This document shows, piece by piece, positions 24,388-30,989 of a stretch of DNA of 30,989 nucleotides. A program made the translations under genes and the position numbers. The stretch spans positions 1-30,989 of IMG/VR virus record IMGVR_UViG_3300012940_000077; one strand, written 5' to 3'. The stretch's first letter is position 1. Each line of letters opens with the position of its first letter. Origin of the DNA: a virus. Its lineage: Duplodnaviria > Caudoviricetes. Under the pieces are notes generated by a model that was not told the DNA's origin, ran no database searches, and saw only the letters and a list, made by a program, of their open reading frames with translations.

Positions 24388-26339
24388 TTCTTCTTCCCCT
24401 TCGTGGGCAGCGGCTTCTTGTCGGGTACGACCTTGCTCTTCGCGCGCTGGATGCGGATCTGGCGCTTCTCGTCCGCGTCCTTGGACTTGTCCTCGCGCTC
24501 ACGCAGGGTGAGCTGACGCTTGACGTCGGCGTCCTTGGACTTGTCCTGGGCCGCCGCGTTCTGCGCACCACGCTGGGCCTCGCGGTCCTTGTAGTAGTCC
24601 TCCAGGTCGAGCTTGGCGGCCTCGCGCTCCAGCCCGGCAGCGGCGATCTTCTCCTGGGCCTCCATGAGCTCCATCTGCCGCGCGTGCTCGGCCTGGGCCA
24701 GCTGCTCGTTCTGCTCGGCCTGGCCGGACTCGATGGCAGCCTGCTGGACGGAGGTGTCGTACTGCGCCTGCATCTGAGCCTCCCCCTCCTGCTGACGCAG
24801 CTGCTGGCTCATCTGCTGCTCGGCCATCTCGTCGTTGGGCTGCTCGGCGGCCATCATCGCCTGCTCCGGGGTGTAGCCCCGACCGATCATCTCGGCCTTC
24901 TGCTGCATCCCCAGGAACTGCATCTGCTGGTCCGCGTAGCCCATGACGGCGCTCTGCTGGGACATCTGGCGGCGGATCTCCATGAGCTCGTCCGGCAGCG
25001 CAGGCAGGTGCGCGATGTCGCGCAGGAACGCCTCCAGCTCGGCGTCGGGGAACCACTCCATGCCCATGCCCGCCATGCCGGTCATGAAGGACGTCAGCTC
25101 CGTCAGGTTCGGCGGGTCGACGTTGTTCGGCACGATCTTGGGCAGCTCGTCCAGCTTCCACCCGTTCAGCTCGAACAGGCGGGGGATGGCGTGCCGGTTG
25201 AACACGTCCGCGATCATCGAGGCGAACGAGTTCAGGGCGGTGCGGAAGATGCCGGTCTTGTCCACGTGCAGGGCGTAGGAGCCCTGACCCTCGTGGCCCA
25301 CCAGGATGAAGTCGGCCAGCACCGTCATCAGGATGCGCTGCTCGTAGCGCTGGATGAGGGCGTTGGTGTCGAACGTGCGCGAGCCCCCGGCGCTCAGGAG
25401 CTCGAAGTCGAACAGTGGCTGCTTGGTGTTGCGGTCGTACTGCGTGGGCAGCACCAGGCCCTCGTGCTCGTCACGACGCACGTTGGAGACCATCTTCTTG
25501 AACGCCTCGAAGACCTTGCGCTCCTTGGAGCCCGCAGGGGCGTCCATGTAGGAGGCGGGGATCTTCGCCACCGGCATACCAGCGAGGTCGCGCTCGACGC
25601 CGATGGCCTCGAACTCCTCCAGGCGCTTCTTGAAGAACCAGGGCCGGTAGGCCCGACGCAGGATCGACACACCCTCTGGGTTGCCCTTGGAGGTGTCGGT
25701 GCGGAACAGCAGCGAGCGCTCGATGGGGATGACCGTGGACTGGTACTGCGGCGGGGCCAGCTGCACCAGGCCCTTGATCCCGCCGTCCTCGTCGAAGATC
25801 CAGCGCAGCATCGTCTCCTGGGAGCGGATGGCGATCTTGCGCCAGCCGATGCGCCCGTCGTTGTACTTCGACTTCTTCTTCGGGTCACGCTCCCAGGGGC
25901 CGACGCGCTTCTTGTAGACGATCTCGTGCCAGGACCAGCCGTAGACCAGGCAGGTCAGGATGTCCGCGATCATGTCGTCCCAGGTGTGGGACATGTCGTC
26001 CATGCACTGTTCGAGGAAGTCCTTGGCCTCGGTCGCCTCGGGGGTGTTGTCCGTCCCCTCGACCCGCCAGTCCACGTTGCGCAGGAGCTGGGTGATGGAG
26101 AACAGCAGCGCTCCGACGATGGGGTCGTTGAGCGACATCTCCTGGAAGATCTTCACGGCCTTGCGACCGCGCAGCGCAGGGAGGAACTCCTCGTCGACGA
26201 TCCCCGCGGCGCGCTTGAGGCCCGTGACGCCCATCTCCTGGAGCGGAGAGGACTTGGGCTGGACCTCCAGGTCGGGGATCGCCACCTCGTCATACCGGCT
26301 CAGGTCGTTACCCATGAAGCCGAAGTTCGGGTTAGGCAT
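24384..26339 (-). CDS. Portal protein (DUF935/Mu gp29-like) with long C-terminal coiled-coil extension
   Basis: YGWSWHEIVYK, GNPEGVSILRRAYRPWFFKK..EEFEAIGVERDLAGMP, LIQRYEQRILMTVLADF and FNRHAIPRLFELN are portal motifs. GAGGAG RBS. Confidence 0.9.
   Translation of the reverse strand: MPNPNFGFMGNDLSRYDEVAIPDLEVQPKSSPLQEMGVTGLKRAAGIVDEEFLPALRGRKAVKIFQEMSLNDPIVGALLFSITQLLRNVDWRVEGTDNTPEATEAKDFLEQCMDDMSHTWDDMIADILTCLVYGWSWHEIVYKKRVGPWERDPKKKSKYNDGRIGWRKIAIRSQETMLRWIFDEDGGIKGLVQLAPPQYQSTVIPIERSLLFRTDTSKGNPEGVSILRRAYRPWFFKKRLEEFEAIGVERDLAGMPVAKIPASYMDAPAGSKERKVFEAFKKMVSNVRRDEHEGLVLPTQYDRNTKQPLFDFELLSAGGSRTFDTNALIQRYEQRILMTVLADFILVGHEGQGSYALHVDKTGIFRTALNSFASMIADVFNRHAIPRLFELNGWKLDELPKIVPNNVDPPNLTELTSFMTGMAGMGMEWFPDAELEAFLRDIAHLPALPDELMEIRRQMSQQSAVMGYADQQMQFLGMQQKAEMIGRGYTPEQAMMAAEQPNDEMAEQQMSQQLRQQEGEAQMQAQYDTSVQQAAIESGQAEQNEQLAQAEHARQMELMEAQEKIAAAGLEREAAKLDLEDYYKDREAQRGAQNAAAQDKSKDADVKRQLTLREREDKSKDADEKRQIRIQRAKSKVVPDKKPLPTKGKKK
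24475..24547. repeat. 19-bp direct repeat gcgtccttggacttgtcct (24475-24493, 24529-24547) encoding DKSKDA in the portal tail
   Basis: Read directly from the sequence; 54-bp period. Confidence 0.85.
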
Positions 26340-26379
26340 GGTGCTCCTCTCTGTGCTCCATCATCCAGACCTCTGCCAG

Positions 26380-26640
26380 TCAGCCCTCGTGCCGGACGAC
26401 CTTCAGCTTGATCCACTTGCGCGTGGGGTCGATGGAGACGTCGATGCTGTCCTTGGCGTCCAGGGACTCGATCACCTGGGTGGCGAGCTCGATGTTGCCC
26501 CCTGCGGCGTCCACGGCGGCGATGAGGTAGCGCGAGAGGTCGGAGACCTGCTGGGTGAGCTGGTCGACCATGCCTCGCAGCATCACGGTCTCGATGCTGG
26601 GGGTGTACTCCGCGATGGGCTCGGGCGTGTCCTGCGTCAT
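26380..26640 (-). CDS. Hypothetical protein
   Basis: Start reassigned to ATG 26640 (AGGAGG RBS). Short coiled coil. Confidence 0.7.
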   Translation of the reverse strand: MTQDTPEPIAEYTPSIETVMLRGMVDQLTQQVSDLSRYLIAAVDAAGGNIELATQVIESLDAKDSIDVSIDPTRKWIKLKVVRHEG

Positions 26641-26658
26641 GCGTCCTCCTTGGTACGT

Positions 26659-26700
26659 GAGAAGCCCCACCAGGGCGGGCGGCACCTGACGGGGCTTCTC
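26659..26700 (-). terminator. Intergenic stem-loop, likely intrinsic terminator
   Basis: gagaagcccc (26659-26668) / ggggcttctc (26691-26700). The stem extends through G-U pairs only in the minus-strand RNA. Confidence 0.65.
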
Positions 26701-26713
26701 GGTATCGAACATT

Positions 26714-26908
26714 CTAACGATGGCCGTCGATGGAGCTGTGGATCTTGAACCCGTTCGGCCCGAACGAGTGGGTGAGGATCGTCTCCTGCACCGAGGCGTA
26801 GTCGCCCTCCACCTTGTCGGCGTCGTAGCGCTCGCTGTTGAGGCTGACCTCGACCGCGCCGTAGCGCCCGTCAGCCTTCTGCACGATCATGTGGCACTTG
26901 GTGCTCAT
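26714..26908 (-). CDS. Hypothetical protein
   Basis: 64 aa, TGATG coupling to the upstream gene. Confidence 0.65.
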   Translation of the reverse strand: MSTKCHMIVQKADGRYGAVEVSLNSERYDADKVEGDYASVQETILTHSFGPNGFKIHSSIDGHR

Positions 26909-27174
26909 CAGGCCACGTCCTTGAACACGATGCCGGGCATGTTGAACGTGAACGTCTTGTTCGTGTTGGTGGTGGTGGAGCTGGTGTTGATCGTGGGGAA
27001 GGGGACGTGCTTCTGCCCCTCGGTGCGCTTGTCCTCCGCCTTCTCAGCGGGCTTGGGGTCAGTCAGCTCCACCTTGTCGCCCCTGAGGATGCGCGTGGCG
27101 AGCTCCATCTGCTGGGGCGTGAAGTCCTCGATGTTCCTGTGGACGAACTTGAGGAACGCGTTCTTCTCGGTCAT
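26908..27174 (-). CDS. Hypothetical protein
   Basis: 88 aa, ATGA coupling. Confidence 0.65.
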   Translation of the reverse strand: MTEKNAFLKFVHRNIEDFTPQQMELATRILRGDKVELTDPKPAEKAEDKRTEGQKHVPFPTINTSSTTTNTNKTFTFNMPGIVFKDVA

Positions 27175-27401
27175 GCCACACCTGCCTTCCGGTAGTTGAA
27201 GTGTCGCAGCACGGACGAAGCCAGTACTGCCGCACCGTCGTCGTACTTGTGCTTGAGCTTGAAGCGTGTGGTCTGCGCGGTCGCGTGCTCGAAGACCTCG
27301 ACCTCGTACTCGTTGGTGTCGTAGATCTCGGGGGTCATGCGCCGCGCGGACCAGTACAGGATCTGGTCGCCGTTGATCGAGACGTCACCGTGCAGCGCCA
27401 T
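27171..27401 (-). CDS. Hypothetical protein
   Basis: Start reassigned to ATG 27401 (MALHGDV), with GGAGG upstream. Confidence 0.65.
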   Translation of the reverse strand: MALHGDVSINGDQILYWSARRMTPEIYDTNEYEVEVFEHATAQTTRFKLKHKYDDGAAVLASSVLRHFNYRKAGVA

Positions 27402-27585
27402 CCTGAGCCTCCTTCTTCTCACGAAGCTCTGCCAGCTGGTACATGAGCAGCTTGTGTCGCTGGTCCCGGATGACCTCGCACTGGTACTTGATCCGACGAC
27501 GCAGGAAGATGCTGTCCAGCACCAGGAGGGTGAAGCCCACCCCGGCGATGATGTACCCGATCCACTCCAGCGGTTCCAGGCTCAC
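27385..27585 (-). CDS. Small membrane protein
   Basis: GTG 27585 overlapping the upstream stop. One TM helix, WIGYIIAGVGFTLLVLDSIFL. Confidence 0.6.
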   Translation of the reverse strand: MSLEPLEWIGYIIAGVGFTLLVLDSIFLRRRIKYQCEVIRDQRHKLLMYQLAELREKKEAQDGAAR

Positions 27586-27731
27586 AGCTGGTCCTCCGTC
27601 CACTCCTCGTCGTGGTCGCACTCACCGGCCAGGCACTTGACCTGATCCTCCAGGCTGGAGATGCGCGCGTTCTGGTAGGTCAGGACCAGCAGCAGGCCGA
27701 GGGCGACGATCAGCTCCAGGGGCTCGGCCAT
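27582..27731 (-). CDS. 49-aa membrane protein missing from the ORF track
   Basis: Reads MAEPLELIVALGLLLVLTYQNARISSLEDQVKCLAGECDHDEEWTEDQL. Coupled to its neighbours at both ends. Confidence 0.6.
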   Translation of the reverse strand: MAEPLELIVALGLLLVLTYQNARISSLEDQVKCLAGECDHDEEWTEDQL

Positions 27732-27916
27732 CAGACATCCCCCTTCTCGATCTTGTCAGCGCGCTCACGCAGCCAGATCGCCGCCTGCTCGTACGCAGCA
27801 CCACGCTGGTACGTAGGCGATGCCGAGCGGAGACCCTTGGCGGACTCGAAGTGCCGCTCTGCGAACTTATCGAACTCGGCAGCTGCGTCACGCAGAGCCT
27901 GTGCTGCCTCGCTCAT
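27731..27916 (-). CDS. Hypothetical protein
   Basis: 61 aa, helical, ATGA coupling, GGAGG RBS. Confidence 0.65.
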   Translation of the reverse strand: MSEAAQALRDAAAEFDKFAERHFESAKGLRSASPTYQRGAAYEQAAIWLRERADKIEKGDV

Positions 27917-28152
27917 CGCATCCTCCCGATCATCTTGAAGCCCACGAGCTCGTCCTCCTGGCCGAGCATGGGCGAGTAGACCTTCTCGAAGCGGATGGAC
28001 TCCACGTCCACCTTGAAGCCGTTCTGGGCCGCGTAGTCGAACATCTGCTGCCAGACGTTGACCGGGCCGTCCATGGACTTGTCGAAGAACGTGTCGGCGT
28101 ACTCCACGGCCCGCTCTCCGTCGGGGCCGGTCTGCTCTCGGATGTCAGCCAT
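27913..28152 (-). CDS. Hypothetical protein
   Basis: Start reassigned to ATG 28152 (MADIREQ). Confidence 0.6.
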   Translation of the reverse strand: MADIREQTGPDGERAVEYADTFFDKSMDGPVNVWQQMFDYAAQNGFKVDVESIRFEKVYSPMLGQEDELVGFKMIGRMR

Positions 28153-28276
28153 TGCGTACCCTCTCGTCCCAGTCCTTGCGGAAGGCGATCTTCTCTTCCT
28201 GCGTCTTGGTGTTACCAGGGTGCACCGGACAAGGCTGGGCACCGATGTTGCACACGCACTCACGGTCGTCTGCCAT
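28145..28276 (-). CDS. 43-aa CxC...CPVH putative zinc-binding protein missing from the ORF track
   Basis: Reads MADDRECVCNIGAQPCPVHPGNTKTQEEKIAFRKDWDERVRNG and fills the gap between neighbours. Confidence 0.55.
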   Translation of the reverse strand: MADDRECVCNIGAQPCPVHPGNTKTQEEKIAFRKDWDERVRNG

Positions 28277-28277
28277 G

Positions 28278-28529
28278 TCAGAGCCTCACGTACAGGACGG
28301 CGTGGCCGTCTTCGGTAGCGATGGACGCGTCGAAGCCCTCGGCGTGCAGCTGACGACGCAGGGAGCGGCACTCGGCCGCGGAGTAGGTGCGGAAGGCCAG
28401 CCAGCGCCCGGGGAACTCCTCGGCGTAGGCCGTGGCCTTGCGCATGATGGGACGGGCGCTCACCAGCGGGGGACGCCCTGCGCGTGGGGGATCGAAGGTC
28501 TCCCCCATCACCTCAGGCTCCTCGCTCAT
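28278..28529 (-). CDS. Hypothetical protein (possible small DNA-binding protein)
   Basis: Start reassigned to ATG 28529 (ATGA coupling). Pattern PPRAGRP...PGRWL...A..LR...GF...LYVR. Confidence 0.6.
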   Translation of the reverse strand: MSEEPEVMGETFDPPRAGRPPLVSARPIMRKATAYAEEFPGRWLAFRTYSAAECRSLRRQLHAEGFDASIATEDGHAVLYVRL

Positions 28530-28720
28530 GTGCTCACTCCCTCCAGTACGGTCTTGGCCGTCCGCACGGCCTTGTTCAGTCGTTCGCTCTCCCAGCGCCA
28601 CCTGGGCCGGTCCTGGAAGTACAGGACCTCCTGCATCAGGTACTGCGCGATGCCGTCGTCGCGGGTGCTGTAGCACTCCTTGGCCGCCTCGCGCAGCAGG
28701 GTGAGCTCGTCTGGCTTCAT
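28526..28720 (-). CDS. Hypothetical protein
   Basis: 64 aa, coupled to its neighbours. Confidence 0.6.
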   Translation of the reverse strand: MKPDELTLLREAAKECYSTRDDGIAQYLMQEVLYFQDRPRWRWESERLNKAVRTAKTVLEGVST

Positions 28721-28833
28721 CTGAAGTCCCCTCGTTGGATGCGGTCGATGAGCCCCTGGTAGACCGCGAAGACCACGGGGTTGCCCATGTCCTTGCGGGC
28801 CTCCAGGAAGGTCAGAAGCTTGGCCTCATCCAC
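28717..28833 (-). CDS. 38-aa hypothetical protein missing from the ORF track
   Basis: GTG 28833 with GGAG upstream. Reads MDEAKLLTFLEARKDMGNPVVFAVYQGLIDRIQRGDFR; stop overlaps the next ATG. Confidence 0.5.
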   Translation of the reverse strand: MDEAKLLTFLEARKDMGNPVVFAVYQGLIDRIQRGDFR

Positions 28834-29029
28834 GGGTGTGCTCCCGGACCAGGTAGATGGCGCAGACGACGGCCAGCAGCAGCCAGGCCAGTGGCCAGAC
28901 TAGCGTTGCGGCGATGACCGCGATGGCCAGGAGCGTGTAGTCCCAGTTCTGGTCTTCGACGTTGAGCCCAGCGATGATGATGGCCACGACCAGGGTGATG
29001 GCCGCGCCACCGACGTAGATCCACATCAC
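28826..29029 (-). CDS. Small two-TM membrane protein
   Basis: 67 aa, two hydrophobic helices with a WP motif. GGAGGAGG RBS. Confidence 0.7.
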   Translation of the reverse strand: MMWIYVGGAAITLVVAIIIAGLNVEDQNWDYTLLAIAVIAATLVWPLAWLLLAVVCAIYLVREHTRG

Positions 29030-29238
29030 TCCTCCTCCTGCTGCTCGACCCGCCGCCAGTAGTCCTGCGAGATGGCGAGGTCGGTGCTGGTCTCCAGGGC
29101 GTTCGCGATGCGCTCTAGCAGCTCGTTGTTCCGGTTGAGCGCCCCGGCGATTCCGATGAGAGCGTGAACCGTGCCCTCAGCGCCTCCGAGACGAACTGCC
29201 TCTTCCACCGCATCATCTACGCGCGTCCACGGGTACAT
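29026..29238 (-). CDS. Hypothetical protein
   Basis: 70 aa with a LERIANALE coiled coil. TGATG coupling. Confidence 0.65.
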   Translation of the reverse strand: MYPWTRVDDAVEEAVRLGGAEGTVHALIGIAGALNRNNELLERIANALETSTDLAISQDYWRRVEQQEEE

Positions 29239-29504
29239 CAGACCTCCTCCGGCTCGTCGAAGTCGTCGTGCACGAGCGGCTCCAGGGACATGCCCACGAT
29301 GCGCAGCGTCACCTCGAAGACCTCTCCGTCCACAGTGCCCTCGACGCGCACCTCGCCGTGCTCAGCCGCGCTCCAGTCCTTGGTGTCGATGAACGCGCCC
29401 TGCTCCTCACCGAACTCGCTCATGAGCGCCGTGAGGATCTTCTTGGCCGCCTTGGACTCGTGCTCGCTGAGCTTGAGCGCGATGGGCCTGTACTCGTCGG
29501 TCAT
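29238..29504 (-). CDS. Hypothetical protein (first gene after an intergenic regulatory region)
   Basis: 88 aa, acidic, purine-rich RBS. Confidence 0.7.
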   Translation of the reverse strand: MTDEYRPIALKLSEHESKAAKKILTALMSEFGEEQGAFIDTKDWSAAEHGEVRVEGTVDGEVFEVTLRIVGMSLEPLVHDDFDEPEEV

Positions 29505-29609
29505 GGTGTTCCCTTCCCCTCGAACGTGTACACGACCCTAGCACATACTCAGCAGTAATGGTGCGACTTCTCTCGGGCGAATCGGCGCGTCTACGCAACA
29601 ATATGGACA
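29505..29609 (-). promoter_or_regulatory. Probable promoter region for the small-gene operon
   Basis: Non-coding and less GC-rich than its flanks. Minus-strand TGcTAGGGT resembles an extended -10; 10-bp palindrome cgtgtacacg at 29525-29534. No clear -35. Confidence 0.35.
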
Positions 29610-29658
29610 CAAGAGAGCCCCTGCCTCTCCGGGGGAAGGTGTGACAGGGGCTCTCTTG
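29610..29658 (-). terminator. 14-bp stem-loop, likely intrinsic terminator
   Basis: caagagagcccctg (29610-29623) / caggggctctcttg (29645-29658), about 40 bp after the stop at 29698. Confidence 0.7.
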
Positions 29659-29697
29659 GGACGTCGCTGACCGAGCAAGTCTCGCGACTTGACCAGT

Positions 29698-29862
29698 CTA
29701 GGGCACAACCGTGCCCTGCACCTCCACGATGTCCACCTGGTCACCAGGGCGGGCCGTGAGCAGGTCAGCCTTGAACTGCTCTGCTCCCATGAGCTCGTAG
29801 TGCGGCTCGTAGATGATCTTCAGGCTGTGGTTGACGACCACGTAGTAGCTGAACGCCGTCAT
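29698..29862 (-). CDS. Hypothetical protein
   Basis: Start reassigned to ATG 29862 (MTAFSYY), with ATGA coupling and GAGGAG RBS. Confidence 0.6.
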   Translation of the reverse strand: MTAFSYYVVVNHSLKIIYEPHYELMGAEQFKADLLTARPGDQVDIVEVQGTVVP

Positions 29863-30083
29863 GGCTGCTCCTCGGGCTCGGTGACGTCTTCGGGGGCTTC
29901 GGGGTACACGGGCTCGGGGATCTGCTCGTCGCTCAGCCAGATCATCTCCTGGCGCACCACACGCACGTCGTTGCCGGGCAGTGCCTGGAGCTGGTAGCCC
30001 CGCGTCACACTGGCCTGCTCCACCGTGAGGAACGGGCCTTGGATGTCGCCGCGGGTGTAGTCCACGACCCAGTAGAAGTTCAC
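29859..30083 (-). CDS. Hypothetical protein
   Basis: Start reassigned to GTG 30083 (MNFYWVVD), with GTGA coupling and GAGG RBS. Confidence 0.6.
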   Translation of the reverse strand: MNFYWVVDYTRGDIQGPFLTVEQASVTRGYQLQALPGNDVRVVRQEMIWLSDEQIPEPVYPEAPEDVTEPEEQP

Positions 30084-30370
30084 GGGTGCACCTCGATGCT
30101 GTAGTAGTCCAGGAGCGGGGGCCTGTCCTTGAGCGGGTGGGTCTCGTTCTCCACCCACGGCTGATTGGGGTCGTACGGGCTGGACAGCGGCCGTCGCTTG
30201 TCGTCACGCACCATCACGGAGAACACGACCTCGCGCTTGGTGGGCACCAGGCGTACTCCGGTGACGTCCTCGGGATCGACCCCGAAGGTGCGTACCCAGT
30301 CGAACAGGCGCTCCTTGTCCAGCGGGGGCATCTGCCGCGCCTGCTCAGGGGTGAGCGTGTAGGTCCTCAC
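30080..30370 (-). CDS. Hypothetical protein
   Basis: 96 aa, coupled on both sides. Confidence 0.65.
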   Translation of the reverse strand: MRTYTLTPEQARQMPPLDKERLFDWVRTFGVDPEDVTGVRLVPTKREVVFSVMVRDDKRRPLSSPYDPNQPWVENETHPLKDRPPLLDYYSIEVHP

Positions 30371-30633
30371 AGCGTGATGTCCTCACGATCCTCTGCGAAG
30401 CGCGTCTGGTCCTCCACACTCACAGGCAGGCCGTTGCGCGTCCACGTGGTGGCTTCACCCTCCTTACCCTCCTTGGGCTCGTGCTGCGCCTGGTACTCGC
30501 TGAAGGCGTCCTGGGTCTTGTGCAGCTCGGCGCTCTGGGCCGCGATGTACGCCTGGGCCAGCATGAGCTCGTGGGTGAGATGCTTGACCCGCTCCTGGTA
30601 CGCCTCGATCACGGCGTTGGCCTCGATGTGCAT
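30367..30633 (-). CDS. Small coiled-coil protein following a tail fibre gene
   Basis: 88 aa with IEANAVIEAYQERVKHLTHELMLAQA. GGAG RBS. Confidence 0.65.
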   Translation of the reverse strand: MHIEANAVIEAYQERVKHLTHELMLAQAYIAAQSAELHKTQDAFSEYQAQHEPKEGKEGEATTWTRNGLPVSVEDQTRFAEDREDITL

Positions 30634-30644
30634 GAGTGTGCTCC

Positions 30645-30989
30645 CTAGTTGACGAGGTAGGACATGCCCGTGAACTCCAGCACGGTCGCGCCGCTAGCGT
30701 ACGGGCTCTTGAAGTGGACGCTGAGCACACCAGTGGAGGTGGCGTTGGCCCAGCCGGTGAACCCACCCGTGGTACCGATGGCCACCATGTTGGAGTCGAT
30801 GATCGGGCGGTAGCCCGCGGGAATGGTGGCGATCTGTGTGGTAGTGCCCACGTTCAGCGTGCCTGAGGCCCTGCCTCGGAAGCGCACCACGTTGTTCACC
30901 CGTCGGCACTGCACCGTGGGGGCTTGGCCCGCAGCCGCGCTGGGGATCCACCCCGAGGCCAGCGTGAGGTCCACCCAGCCCGAGTCGTA
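30645..30989 (-). CDS. C-terminal end of a tail fibre / receptor-binding protein (starts beyond the window)
   Basis: Frame is open to the edge. YDSGWVDLTLASGW...CRRVNNVVRFRG...IATIPAGYRP is a common fibre-tip beta-sandwich pattern. Confidence 0.75.
   Translation of the reverse strand, partial: YDSGWVDLTLASGWIPSAAAGQAPTVQCRRVNNVVRFRGRASGTLNVGTTTQIATIPAGYRPIIDSNMVAIGTTGGFTGWANATSTGVLSVHFKSPYASGATVLEFTGMSYLVN

Noticed and set aside
26711-26716. Minus-strand TAGAAT as a sigma-A -10 box
   Set aside because: It overlaps a stop codon, has no plausible -35 and sits just upstream of a terminator-like hairpin, so support is too weak.
1-30989. Assignment to a specific phage cluster or host genus
   Set aside because: Gene content and GC point to an actinobacteriophage, and the capsid module recalls large actinophage myoviruses, but this cannot be confirmed without a database search. 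No sheath or terminase gene is in the window.

Overview
High-GC tailed actinobacteriophage (or prophage) DNA covering the virion head and neck region, with almost every gene on the minus strand. In transcription order (right to left) it holds: the end of a tail-fibre gene, about 18 small hypothetical genes, a portal, two leader-bearing cargo genes, two paralogous fibre cassettes flanking an amidase endolysin and holin, a 1090-aa virion protein, a MuF head morphogenesis protein, an inverted pair of membrane genes (one collagen-like), an XkdF/S78-type prohead protease, two very basic glycine-zipper genes, scaffold, capsid decoration protein, major capsid protein and head-tail joining genes. No terminase, integrase, tRNA or CRISPR array was recognised. 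The main signal is an apparent capsid cargo-loading system. Three unrelated genes share an identical N-terminal leader, MISAFGVDHG, which differs only by synonymous changes, and each leader is followed within 5-7 residues by a [VF]-x-K site. The same type of site recurs in the scaffold, protease, MuF and large virion protein, and it divides a 662-aa protein into five basic glycine-zipper modules. The leader-bearing cargoes look like an ADP-ribosyltransferase, an HExxH metallopeptidase and a glycine-zipper protein. The protease also appears split across two genes, and one fibre carries a beta-propeller phytase domain. All family calls come from reading motifs by eye; no searches were run.
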